Under the pieces are notes generated by a model, which was not told the origin of the DNA, did no database searches, and saw nothing but the letters and a program-made list of their open reading frames with translations. The position numbers and the translations under genes were made by a program. Positions 1 to 13,637 of a stretch of DNA of 64,000 bases are shown in pieces; position 1 is the stretch's first letter, and the number at the start of each line of letters is the position of its first letter. Source of the stretch: Chrysomallon squamiferum (Eukaryota; Animalia; Mollusca); contig CM022673.1 in assembly GCA_012295275.1 (NCBI GenBank), forward strand, positions 20,336,001-20,400,000. The letters are read 5' to 3'.

Positions 1-428
1 ACTATTTTCATTTTGTGTATCAACTAACTTTACATCAATCTTCAACTTACTGTTTTACTATTAACCATTTCTGTAATTATATGAGTACCCATATAAGTAA
101 ACCTTGAGTGTAAAGGTCCATAAAATTGCTAATGTTTTCAAAAAGTGATTAATAAAACTAATTTTATTATTTTGTAGGCTAAAAGAGAAATATAATACCT
201 TATTAGTGTGTGTGTGTGTGTTTGAGACAATATACCATTGTTAAATGAGTAAGTACTAAATCTGAATTTTGTTGAAATGAATTAATTTAGAGTTTACTGT
301 TTCACTAATTTCTTTTACATTTTTGTAGTTTTTATTATTTATTATATATATATATATATGTATGTATGTATGTATATATATATATTATGGTAACGGTAAT
401 TATTATTATTATTAAATACGGAGTATAT

Positions 429-1203
429 TGTAACGCCATTAACAATTAATATAATAAATATGCTTTATAAATTGTAATCACTTTTTTATTATTATTAAAT
501 GCTATATTTCCTGTATTCAAGAAAAACACAGTGCAATGGAATAATGCATTGTACAAGTTCTTGTGACATCCTCTGGCATCCAATAGTGACATTGTGTTTG
601 TGGCAGAGACAACAGTCTCCTCTTAAATATGTAACAATCATATAAGCTAAGTGCGACGGACACGCCCGCTGACCTGTCAGAAAGCGTGCCCTTCGTAGAC
701 GTGCTTCACAACAGCTTGCTCTGATTAGCACGTTAATGTTTTTCAAGTTCAAGTTCAAGTATAAGCTAAGTGTGACAGAGAGTAACAGTCTCTTGTTTAA
801 TATGTAGTAGATGATAGATTTCTTTAAGAATTATATAAGCTATGTGTGACGGAGACTAACATGTTTAATAATAATAGATGTTAGATTTCCTTAAGAATTA
901 CATAAGCTATGTTGAGGTGTTGTTTTGGCTGACCCTTTGGTGTCTGTGTGTCTGCTAAAGTTCCAACCAGTCTTGACTCCACTCTGGGACAGCAGTGTTA
1001 AAAGACTCCCTCTGTGGTTTTTCGTTGGTAATAAAAACAGAGATCGCATTTTGGTTGAGGCTATTAGTTTTACACCGTACAGGACAGACATGTGGTTAAC
1101 TGTAGCTGGACAGTTGTATAGATCCAACTGACTTAGATAACTATAAGTTTTTACGGCTCTGTTTAAGTAACTGAAAGGTAGTTATCTAACAAATACTGTT
1201 TAA

Positions 1204-1249
<46 letters not shown>

Positions 1250-1840
1250 CATAACCATTAGTTGGAGATTATCTGGTAATCTGATATGAGACCGATCAAA
1301 GTAAACTGTAGTTGTTATCTCTAAAACAACGGCTGAGAATAGCTGGGAATTTGACCATTAGTAATTGTAAACATAGATACCTTAACTGACTATCATGTCA
1401 ACGTTCTGTTAAGTAGTATTTTGATATACTTGCATATTCAAATACATCCTGAGGTGTGCTATTTTACCTTGAGGGATAAACATATTTAATACCCCTCATA
1501 TGTTTACTTATGTTGTGAGTGTAATTTTGTGTCGTGAAACTGTTTGTAATCGTAAGCTTACGCGGTAAATACCTATTATTAGACCGTATAACATATATAT
1601 TCTTTCAATCTAAACTGGTGGCGTTGTGTTTCTAGTGATTTAATGTTGACTAAATATAAATACATACATGACCTTGTACCCTGAATTGTTAGAGCCGATC
1701 CAAATCGGTTAGCAGACTACCTGATTCAGGGAGGTTTGTATGTATATGTAGTGTTGGTCTGGCGGAAGAGTTTTAAGCCCGTTGCGGGGTTCTGATTTGG
1801 TTACGGGACGATTGTGTTAATTACGAGTAAGAGTGTTACG
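429..1840. mobile_element. Possible solo LTR or LTR-like repeat with internal sub-repeats
   Basis: Begins TGTAACG at 429. Candidate ends are ...TAACA at 1593 (tatat on both flanks) or ...GTGTTACG at 1840. The segment is more GC-rich than its flanks, and ataagcta(a/t)gt recurs at ~642, 761, 835 and 902. No second LTR or gag/pol is visible. Confidence 0.3.
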
Positions 1841-3025
1841 TAGCAGTGAGTCTGGTAACTCTACTATTGGACTGTTCGAAACAAGTAAATTGTGGAGTGT
1901 TTTAACTGAAAAAAAACAGACATTAGTTTCTTCATACAGGAGAATAAGTAAATTATTTATGCATATTCTTACATGTTCCTGCATCTCCGTATCACTTAGA
2001 CATCTTTCTGTTCTTTGGTATATTTCAGTGTATAATGTGTAGTGTTGGGGTAGAGTATCATAAATGTAATGTAAAATAACCCAATTTTGGCTGTGTTGAA
2101 GGTAAAGCTTTGGAGAATTTCTGTGAGTTTCCTGTTACTTGTAGCCAGGTATTTCAGACTGATGTCAGTGACAGTACAACACCTCAGCATTTTTTTAATC
2201 ACCTACTTTTTGTGTTTTTTGTCTATGAACTGCAGAATTAAAGTAAAAGAAAAAATGTCAATAGACTGTACATTTTTTATTTTTAATGTTTTGTTGTTTT
2301 TAAACTGTAATTTTTGGAAAAAATTTATTTTTCTCTATGTATAAACAATAGAAAAGGTAATAAAACAATATTCAAAATACGTGAATAATTATGATGAAAA
2401 TCAACGTAGAAATTATTGTCTACATCTCAAAGCAGTTTGTATTAATTGTTGTAATATTTATCTGTCGTTACAATAAATGCTACTTTTGACATAAAAGCCA
2501 TAATGTACATTAATAATGATAATTTTAAAACACATTCTAATAAAGATGGCTTTTACATGAGGAAGTACTAATTAATAATAATAATGAAAATTTACAGATG
2601 CATTTTAATAAAACATTTGAATTTTGACAAGACCATTGATGCTTATATTGAAATTATAAAAATATGTATATAGTAATACGTATATAATTAAGAGTTAAAA
2701 AAGGGTAAATACTTTTAAAATAATAATAATTATACTAATATTTTAAAATACACTTTCTGTAATTAAATTAAAACATATATTAAAACTAGATAATGGTATA
2801 AAAGCCAGTTATAAGTTACATGTAGCCACATTAAACTCTATATATAAGTGAAATGTAATAAATGTTAGTGTTAACACATACCTGTGTTATTTGTTAACAG
2901 ATGTAGTTGCTTGTTAACAGAATATACGGAAATTCTTACAACACAGTATCACATAATGGAATGTTCCATTTTAATGGAACAGAATAGAATATATTTAACT
3001 TCCTTAGAAGAATAAATATTGTAAT

Positions 3026-3064
<39 letters not shown>

Positions 3065-3329
3065 CAAAAACAATAATAATAAAAATAATAATTAATGCTA
3101 AATGGCTGTAACTGTAAGTTCATATACATCACATTAATCACAATTTTTTAATTTATTTTTTTAATTTAACTCTTTTTTGTTTTTAAATGAAGAAAAAATA
3201 AAAATAAATAAATACAATTCAAAAAAAGAAAATGTAAGCTTGTGATAGATCTAACATTGTTTCTTCATTATCACCATAATCAACGAAAACAACGATTATA
3301 ACAAGAGCTGTAACTCGTTGATGGGTGTC

Positions 3330-6048
3330 TCCGCTAGTGAATAATTCCTGATTACGTTTGTTCTCAGCGCCCTCTAGGAATACTCTTATTTGATCTCACA
3401 AAATGTTTCCTTTCTGGTTTTGTTTTGATCAACTCGAACATATCCTGAACACTGGTCTTTGACATAGGCACAAATTCCCCATCACTGACCCACTCAGTGT
3501 CCTCAACATACTAGTCTCATTCTGAGTTTGAGTGATCGGATTCATGACGAAACACTCACTGGTAGAAATACCCCTCTTCTGTTTACCATATGAATACGTT
3601 TCTTCGCTAAGTGATGTCTCCGATGGACAGCTGTTGTTTTCACTATTGCTGCTTTCCGCGTTTCTGATGTCTGATTTTGGCTTTTAGCCCTTCTTGGTAT
3701 ACAGAGTCGTCATCTGATCAACCTCTCTGTAAGGTCTCGTGGTGACTTTCTTACATAAATATTAAATGTTGTTTATGGCAGTGGAACGTTCTCCTCCATC
3801 ACTGCTGTTTTCTTCCTGCTTGGCGAAGATCCCCGTTGTTGTTGCTGTCTGTTATTACTGAGAAAAGTCACACATTTTTTTCTCCCTCGCTGTTTTCTGG
3901 GACTACGCAAAGCTGATAGTTTCTGTTGGAAACAGTCGGATCTTTTGTTTGTCTCTCGCAGACTTTTCTCAGATGATTATTTTTCAGATTCCTCCGTCTG
4001 CACGCCTCTTTGTTGGAATCAATAGTCTTGTTGTAAGTCGATGTAGCATTTCTAAGTTTTTCCGAGTACGTTATCAGGATGTGAGTGTTGTACTTGGACT
4101 TGTTGTTGCTGCTGAAACGATACATCTTACACCTATACCGCTTCCAATTAAGGTGGCAGATGGCGCGACGGCAAAGGTTGGACACGCCGGTGAACTCGCA
4201 TAAACAGACCAGACACTTTATGTTCATTTCATCGGCGATCTCACATAGTTTCCTATGTCCTTACACTGGAGATTACTGGAATCATCGGTCCTGTTGAATT
4301 TGACTCTTTCTACTGGATTTCCGGGAAGTTTACCTACGCAGATCTCTTCTATAACCCGCCTCTGTTTCTGCTGAGGTCCAGTATAATCCTCGTCTGTCGC
4401 AGATTGTCTCGATGCTGGCGTCTTTAGCTTAGTGGGTGAAATACCAATCTTTTTGTCATTATTCACTGAGGATTTATTTACACTGACTTTAACATGTTTA
4501 TCAATGGTGGAACTTTCCTTTCTTGATTCTGGCGGTGTCCATGGCAACAGTTTTTATTATTCCCTGCCATAATACACACATCAATATTTAAAGCATCCTC
4601 AACACTGCCACAACAACATCGATGATATCGGCCTTGAGATGTTGATTTGACTGACGACTTTGAATTGTCTTCCGAGTTCTTCGCAGATACATCATCAACA
4701 AAGTCATGAGTAGTGCTGCCAACAGTCACTTCATCTTTATCCAGTTTTGGTTTTAAATCCTTTCCGGTACTATTATTTGTGGCACTGCTCTTTGAAAGAG
4801 CATTTTCAGCTCTCGCATTTTTCGTGCCAACTGTCTCCACTTCCATTTTGCCGTCTGCTTCAGAATCCGATTTTCCAGTGGAAGAAACACAACGCACAAT
4901 AAGCGCGTTTGTTTTCTTCACTCGAGAATGTTTTATCAGCGGTTTCGATCCTGGAGATGATGTGAATGGACTCATGTCCTTCAGTCTGCTCTCTTTAAAA
5001 GACGTCTTTCCATCACCGTTCATTTCTTTTGTTCCTTCAGAATCAGTAAACTGAACGGTCTCAGATTCTGCAACTACCGAGTCAGACTCGTAAACACGAG
5101 TTTTATCATGAGTGTCTTTTTTGTTCCTATTTCTAGAGACAGATCTCATTTCTAGTCGTCTCACTATTACTGGTAACTCTTGATGCGTTAATTGCATCTT
5201 TCTGATCACACTCTTTAAGATCTTTATTTTCACTTGTACGTTCTTCCTTCTGTCTGCACCTTGCTTCCAGTTTTGCTTACTTCCTTAGTGTCAGAAGTGG
5301 ACTTTGTATTTTGTTTTATGTCCTGTTAGCTGTTATCGTTAACTTTGTTACCTTGTTTAACACCATCACTGCCTTCATTCTTTACGTTTTGACATTCATT
5401 TGTTGTTAGAGTTCGTCTTCTAGCTGGTCTGCCGAGGCCATCCTGACTTTCCCTCTCTTTCAACTCCGACTTCTCTACAGACTGTTCCTGGTCAGAAATC
5501 TTCCAAGTATCATTAGGTTTCGGCATCAACTTTTCTGTGTTTATCTTGAGTGCCTCAGTGGATTTCAATGGTACAACGATTCTTTGCAAGTGTCCAAACA
5601 TCTTCAAATCAGCATTAACATCAATTTTATCATTAGCATCAATATTGTTTTCTTTGAGGCATTTTGAAGAATCTTTTCAGCCACTATCATTTCCAGTCTA
5701 GTGATTCCATCCATCCTTGGTTTTTCGTTCGCAGTGTTTTGTTTTTTTATTTGAATTTACAGCTCGTTGTTGCTTTTCTACAGATCCATCCAACACATTT
5801 TGTAGGTGTCCTCGGGGTCCTCGGTGTCAGTCTGCTGATTAAAAAACTGCTTAAGCTTTATATTTGCTTTCAAACAGTGGAGGTTATGAGTTCTGAAATG
5901 TCTTTGTGCAGCACATACAATTATGTGAAATGAAAAGAGGAAGATCCCGGATCATAGCTCTGCAAACTTTGCACTCAGTAATAAGATGCATTCGTCTAAA
6001 AGGAAGCAGCGGACTTCGGGAGTTCCACAATGGACTCCGTTAATGGAC
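3330..6048 (-). pseudogene. ZNF800: Decayed ZNF800-like C2H2 zinc-finger gene (large exon, several frameshifts and stops)
   Basis: 5900-6045 reads SINGVHCGTPEVRCFLLDEC / LITECKVCRAMIRDLPLFISHNCMCC across a frameshift. This resembles the ZNF800 N-terminal ECKxCxxxFRxLxNxIxHKxxYC finger. 4060-4215 reads CLVCLCEFTGVSNLCRRAICHLNWKRYRCK..., a degenerate tandem C2H2 pair. Charged low-complexity ORF pieces (5607-5326, 5233-4478, 4547-4224) lie between them in shifting frames. Confidence 0.6.
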
Positions 6049-6367
6049 TAAATCATGTCATTTTAAATATAAATAGTCTTAGCTTGTCCTTTTAAAAAAA
6101 AACCAGTAGTCTCAATTTTATATTATATTATTTATAAAAACAAATTAAAAAATTAAAAAAAGAAATTTAAAATTTTAAAATTAAATAAAAATCAACTTAA
6201 TCATTTCAAATAATAATGGTCTCCATTTTACATCATATTTCCAAAATAAATAATTAAATAAATAAATAAACAACAACAGCAAACACAACAACAACAATAA
6301 TAATAATACAGTAATAATATTAATAAGACTACCATTACTACTAATACTACTACTATTAATAATAATA

Positions 6368-6398
<31 letters not shown>

Positions 6399-6415
6399 CT
6401 ACCCATTAATACATC

Positions 6416-6472
<57 letters not shown>

Positions 6473-7452
6473 TTGTCTAATGTTTTATTTAATTAAATAA
6501 TGATGATGGTTTTAGCTGAAATATCACCTGTTTTAAGGAAAGTTATGTCTTTTGAATATGTAAGTATGTATATTTCAATAGATATTAGCAAAATAGTGTG
6601 TAAACAGCAACAAAAAATAATAATAATTAAAAAACAAAATTCATTAGACATTAGTCTGAAATTAAATTGGTTTAACTTTTATGAAACATATTTCTTTGTT
6701 TCTTTGGGGGTTTTTAGTTTTATTTTTTTTTAAATTTTTAATGCGTGACATCTTATAGACAAAAACAAATGATGTTTGTTGTTATAACTATTACATTGTG
6801 TTGATTTATCTACGAAGTCTGTAGTAATTATTTTTATTTGTTTTTAATGTTAGAATTTTACTTTATATATTTATTAATTTTATAAACTAATGTTGAATAA
6901 ATCTACACAGTTTGTATTATATAAGAAGGTCACATGTTTCAGCGTTAACTTGAATGAAGTGTGTCATCTAAACTAAACACTGTCATATTCATACATTAAT
7001 AGTCTGTAAACATGGAATAATAAAATGTTTTAAATAATAATATATCTAAGCGCATCTTAAAACCACAGACTAAATAACCTTGGCAGAACATGGAGAAGCG
7101 GAAATGAAAAATGTATTTAAAATTTAAAACTCATAGAACATTCCTAAATATATTATAACACCAAGTAAACTTTTTTAATTTATTATCGGAATTACAGCAA
7201 AACAAAAAATAATTACAATTTCCAGCTTGACATTTTGTACAAGCCAATACAATTGAACCGGATTGTTTTAGAAATTATGGTCTATAATTAAAATATAATG
7301 TTTACCAGTTGGCTAAACACAATAGAAAAATGCACCACTGCAAGTAATACATACATTTAATTATGAAAACCGCTTTTTTCTTACACACAGCACTATAATA
7401 TTTTTATATTAGGTTACGTTAATATCATTTTTGCGCTTCTCGATTGTCTAAA

Positions 7453-7464
7453 GCATTATGGGAA
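7453..7464 (-). promoter_or_regulatory. Staf/ZNF143-like motif in a CpG-containing patch
   Basis: The minus strand reads TTCCCATAATGC, next to an ETS-like ATTTCCG. It lies ~1.4 kb upstream of the ZNF800-like relic. Motif match only. Confidence 0.25.
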
Positions 7465-8539
7465 CGAATTTCCGTACGGGCTCTAGCAAAATGTCTCCCT
7501 TGTTAGAAACGTGGTTAGCGTCTTTCGCAACTAGAGTAAAAAAAAATACATGTTGCAGTTTTTATAATAAAAATTTATACTATTTAAAATCAATCAATCA
7601 TTGGTAACTTTAGCAAGAGTTTTACATAAGTATTGCCAGATCATACTAAAACTTTAAAATATGCAATTATTAATAGAAAACAGAATAGCTATGTTATTTT
7701 AATTGCTGAACATTTCTAAATATAGTAAACAGAACTTTCAATAAAATACATTTGTTACGTAATTATATTTGACAGATTTTAATAAGAATCTAGGAAGAAA
7801 TCGCTAGATCCTATTTTACAAAACAAATATTGTGGTCACCGTTTCCACTGAGTACAGGGCAGAGATGGGGAACAAAAACAATAAATGTTGTAAACAGAAT
7901 GAAATATTGACATGATAAAACAAGAAAAATAAGTCATAATAAGAAATGTATAAATGTTTGTCTGGATTGAGTTTTTAATTTGATTTGTAGAGTATGTGCA
8001 TGTATAAAATTTGATTATAGACAGATAGATAGACAGACAATGAAAAACGTGTATAGACAGTTAGAATGAAAAAAATAACTTTTAAAAATCAGTTAAGATT
8101 TTATTTTTAATATAGATATGATATCAGGTTCTGGTTCTTTGGCCCTGTTGAGTGGGGGGTGTTGGTTCCTGCAGGTCACGCCCTAGTATTTCACACCGGC
8201 TGTATGATTAACAGCTGTTTCTACATCCATGTTGGAATTTCACAACATGGTTAGTGCGGTTTAATTATTAAAAACGTTTACTTAGATTTGAAAATATGTA
8301 ATTCTGTGTTATGTGGGTATGCTTATTTGTCTGTCAGTCTCTATTTGTTTACATATGTGAGTATGTACGTATGGAATATATGTATGTATGTATATACATA
8401 TGTCTGTCTATCAATCGGTTTATATAAATGACAGAAAGGGCTAAAAAAGTAAATGAATTTCGGACTTCAGATTCTTATTTTCCTTTATTACCTGTTTTAA
8501 AACGTATCATTAACGATAATTTTAGATGTCACTCTACAG

Positions 8540-9013
8540 CAGGAGCTGGCAAATATTTTAAAACAGGGGCCGGATAGATGTTACAGGATGAGGATGAGGG
8601 CCAGAATATGAAAAGAGAAAAAAAATATTTTAAAACGTGTATTTTATGTAAACAGTAAATTCACTTTTAACGAATGTTAGAAGAGTTAATGAGATGGTGC
8701 TGTATACCACGAAGCAGAGTTTCATTGTCAGGCTTAACTGATGTGGTGGACAAGCGAAGAGTGTCATATAGTTTGCGTATTTTGAATTGAGTGAAGCAAG
8801 CAGCCATTCAAAATTCGGATGCAGGCACTATTGATTTGACAAGCACCTGTGAGATGCCTTAAATTTTAAACTTGAACAAAAAAATAGCTGTCAGATGACT
8901 TTATTTCACTGACTTTTATTTTGCTGTCTCGCGGGCCGGATCGCAAAGTTGATTGTGAACAGTTTGGCGGGCCAGACAATAAACCTTCGCGGGCAGGAAT
9001 TTACCCGCCCCTG
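8540..9013 (-). mobile_element. Non-autonomous hAT (Charlie/Buster-type) element
   Basis: Imperfect TIRs: CAGGAGCTGGCAAA and reverse complement CAGGGGCGGGTAAA. The 8-bp flanks ctctacag / cagtacag match at 6/8. Subterminal GCGGGCC motifs are present. A minus-strand remnant KLYDTLRLSTTSVKPDNETL resembles a hAT transposase C-terminus. Confidence 0.7.
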
Positions 9014-11069
9014 CAGTACAGTATGTTAAAAACAGAATCTCTTATATACCATATCAGATCATATTTTTATGAGTCTTGTACAATGCGTGAGTGATATCTG
9101 CTTTTACCATAGTTCAAGTTAGATGGTGATGGTGATGGCTCACCTCAATGACGAGATTAAGGTTTCTGGCAAAGTTCAAAACTATTCTTCAAAACAGAAG
9201 ACTATAGATAATAAATCATCAGAAAAATATTATTTTGCACTGACGTTACAGATGAATGGAATTTTAAAAAACATTTAAAATTTTTATAAGTGTCTTTCTG
9301 TTTGGTGAAAATTGATAATGCAGAGAAATTTTTTTATTATTTTAAAATATATTCACTATAATAAAATATAATGCAAAAAAAATGTGTTTAATATTTAATG
9401 TAAATTAATATAGACCACTGATAACGATTCATTTAGAAATTACAAGCTGTCTTAATTTCATTTAAATTATTTAAAATTATGTAAACTAAAAACTGAACAC
9501 AGAAATAAATTCTGAATTATTTAAAAACATGTTATTGAAAACTAGCTGATCATAGTAATAAATTAAGAGATAGCTTACCTAACACAGAGACAAACATACA
9601 TACATATACATTTATATTTATATAATTTTATTATAAACATATATATATAGTAGAGTATGCGTTTATCTGTAATGTTTGTTTAATTACCATGTACTAGATT
9701 TTAACTTTAAAGTTCTTTTTAATTTGCTGGGGGTTTTAAAATTCTTTTTCTATTTAAGATTTTAATATTTTGTGAATATTGAGGTACATGCATAAAAATA
9801 TTTAGTGTCTCTATGTATATTTAATTATGTCTTAATATACTTGTTCTTAGATGTTTTTAGTTATGTTTCTACATACTAGATTTAGTTTTTACCTGACCTG
9901 TTAATCATTTTGTAAAATGTTTAAAACATGAAATATGTATTATAATTTTCCTTAAGTTAAACACATACATCTGCCTGTCTAAAAATGTAAAATTATCATA
10001 TTCATGTGTATCTCAAGTGATTTTAGTAAACTGTAAAACTGATAAAGTACTCAATATTTTTATGGAAATGTAAGTAAACTAATACATTCCTTATATCAAT
10101 TCATGTCTTTTGTTTTTGATTTGTAGTCTGTGATCAAGGGAAAGAGGTTAATAGAATTTGATTTATCCTCACTTGAAGAAATCATAGTTGTTTTTACATG
10201 AGTGTTTACAATACTTATTACAAATTCGTCACAACTGATGTGGTGTAACACAAAGAATATGTTGTCAGTTGTAAGTTTGATGTTAAAGTGTGCAGACGTT
10301 TAACAAACACAGCACTGTTTTTCAGACAACTTATGATGAAATTTAATAAAGCATAATGAAAATTATAAATAATATTCAGAAATTTCTTCATAGGAAGTTT
10401 TGGGGAGCGATGTTTATTCCATTTGTAAAAGTATATTCAAATTTATCTTCAAACTGCATTAATAACAACACAACAGAAAATGAAAAAAAAATTATTTAAA
10501 AAAATATCAACATTAGTTATTAAATTATAAGATCGAGAAAAGTAGTGTATTTTATCAAATAAATATTTATCTGTAGAGAAGTGGTTGGAGATCTAGGGGT
10601 GTGGTCTGTTAAACTATACCTCCCTATGTTCTCTTGTTCCTGTTCCATACAACACTTTTCTTTAACTTTCAGTAATACACACATCCATATCCACCTAATC
10701 AAATGCAAACATGTCCTAATACACAAACACAGACAGACATTCCATAAAAAAACAAATATCAAAACTGCACAGATGGGATTGCCAGCATCCCACTCCCTCT
10801 AAAAAATCCTTAATTTTCACTAATAATAGTAATAATAATAATAACAATAACAACAATAATAGTATGGGGCACAGCAAATGAAATGTTAAAAAACTCCATA
10901 TTCCAATTTAATGTTCACAAATGTTGTATTTTATTCTAAAAAATGAAAATTTGACAAATACCAAATTAACTGTACTTAAAAAGATGTTGTTGATAACAAA
11001 GATAGCAAAATTAGGTTCTTGTGGCAATAGTTGCCTATGCGTTCTAAATGTAGGCAAAATAATATATCT

Positions 11070-11165
11070 AGCAAACCAGTCTTCTCCTGCTAAACTATTT
11101 TTAGTCCATGCTTCAGGGATTATTTTTTTTTTTCTGACAGCAAATTCATATATTTCCATGTCAGC
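11070..11165 (-). mobile_element. pogo/Tigger-like transposase fragment (CENP-B-type HTH region)
   Basis: YEFAVRKKKIIPEAWTKNSLAGEDWF matches the YE(F/Y)A...IP..W..N..AG.DW pattern of pogo-family transposases. No TIRs seen. Confidence 0.5.
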
Positions 11166-11558
11166 CTATCCTGAAATTTGGATGCTTTAATAAGGTAATC
11201 CTGTAGCAGTGTCTCGTTGTCGTGACTGTTACTTAAATGATTATTTAATTTTAAAAATTATCTTTGTAAAAAACAACAACTTTACTTATTATAGATATGA
11301 CTAGTTTTTAATGATTCACTTAGTGTTATGTTTTATTTAGATATTTTAACAAAACAGTGTAAGTATGTTAGAAGATTGGTCAAACTGACAGTGTAGTAAA
11401 TTTACATCTCTTTAAAAATACCTGGATAAAATTGAATAACAATAGCTAAACAGAGAGAAAATAAAAATAGCTATTTACAGAGACAAAGCACTTACATATG
11501 TATTGTTTTAGTACAGGATCGTGTAATGTATGTACATGTTGTGGGACTGCGATTTGAC

Positions 11559-11628
<70 letters not shown>

Positions 11629-11889
11629 GTTTTATTTGTTTTGGTTTTTTGTTGTTGTTGCTTTTGAATTTTCTTTGCTGTTTAATAGCTATATAGGTAC
11701 TTAGATGGCACATTAATCGTGTTCACGACTGAGTTGATAACAAGGAGACTTTGAAACCTTTGTATTTACACTCATTGTTAGAGAATAGAAAAATGTTGTT
11801 AACGGGTATTGAAGATAATATAACTAATACTACCTAGTTTTGTCTGTCAAATGTAGGTCAGATTTCAAAGTTTAGTGTTAAACTACAGT

Positions 11890-11932
<43 letters not shown>

Positions 11933-11940
11933 CATCATCA

Positions 11941-11974
<34 letters not shown>

Positions 11975-12968
11975 CATCATCATCATCATCATCATCACCA
12001 TTATATTTTTTACTGTGTTTAAATGTTCTCATAGTTCTTAGGTATTTACTGATTCATTTTCAAGTTGCTTTTTTCCTTTTTTTTTTCTTTTTATTGTTTT
12101 AGTGGATTGTTTCATTTTCTAAAATAGTGTGCTCATAGGACGTATGCACAAACGCACAGATATACCAGTACATTCGCAAACATAACTATACACATGTATA
12201 TGCTCAGCAAAAAACATACACCTATAAAATAGATGTATAGGTCGAATCCAATAACACACTCGCCCACAGTAACACGCATAGATAGACATATTTATATATA
12301 ATTTTGTAAAGCACGTTATTATTGTTTACTAGACGTAGTTGATACCTTCCATCCCACTACCACCATATTCTTTCCCTCTTTTTATATCCTGCATGCAAAC
12401 CAGTTTCAACACATTTGTGTAAGTGGTAGAGTTCTAGCCGTACTCAAATAAATGATTGACATGAACTGTGACCTCAAAGATGACAACAAACTGTGTGGGT
12501 TCTAAAAGTTCTTTATTAAACTTGAAGCCAAACATCTGAAGTAACCTAGAAGAGAAATCACGCAATGTTGCCTGTGCACGTGGTGTCTCGTGAGTGACAG
12601 TATTGAAATATCACCGATTGAGTTAAATGCAGGTGCGCAGTCTTTTTGTCAGTCGTCAATGTCCATAGTCAGAGGTCAGGTGTGGATGATTATGTACATA
12701 ATGTAATACATTTATTAAAATCAATAAAAACTACTGACATTTATTTACTTATTTATTCTTATTTGAGGTATTCATTTAACTTTCTATTACATTTATAGCT
12801 GATAACTACATATATCTTATATTTGGTGTTCTTTATATATTTTTAGCTGTTTGCATATTTGTGGTTGTCTTTGACCAATGTATTTAAAAAAATAATAAAA
12901 CATATATAAATTAATAAATTACTACCACTACTACTACTACTAATAATAATAATAATAATTATAATAAA

Positions 12969-13001
<33 letters not shown>

Positions 13002-13055
13002 TATAATACATCTTGTGTGAAATGTTACGGAAAGAAAGTTAACCTTTTATGGACC

Positions 13056-13087
<32 letters not shown>

Positions 13088-13579
13088 TGTTTATAACTTT
13101 TCACGTTTATTTATCTTCAAGAACCTCATTTTATTTTTATTTCACTCCTAATTTATTTTTGAACTGATTTTATTAATTAAGTTGTTTATTTGATTCATTT
13201 TATTATCATTCTTATTATTCTTAATCGTTGTTGTTGTTTTTCTTCTTCTTCTTCTTCTTATGATTATTATTATTATTACTATTATTATTATATATTTTAC
13301 TATGCATAGTACATGTATAGATACTTAGATCGCACCTTAATCGTTCTCACGGTTGAGTAGTTTAACCAGAAGAACTTGAAACGTGTGTAGTTACACTCAT
13401 TGTCAGAGATGTCGTTACATGGATATCGACGATAATGATACTAATCCTGCCTTGCTTTGTCTGTGAAACAGTAGGTCAGATTTGAACTTTAATGTCAAAC
13501 TACACTTCACTGTTCTGGTTGTTGTTGTTGCTATTTTGTTATTATTATTATTATTAGTTATCGTAGTAGCAGCAGCAGC

Positions 13580-13637
<58 letters not shown>

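Noticed and set aside
9110-10430. Short coding-like patches (KVSGKVQNYSSKQK...YYFALTLQ and SVIKGKRLIEFDLSSL) faintly like OB-fold proteins
   Set aside because: Too short and interrupted to support a family call by eye.
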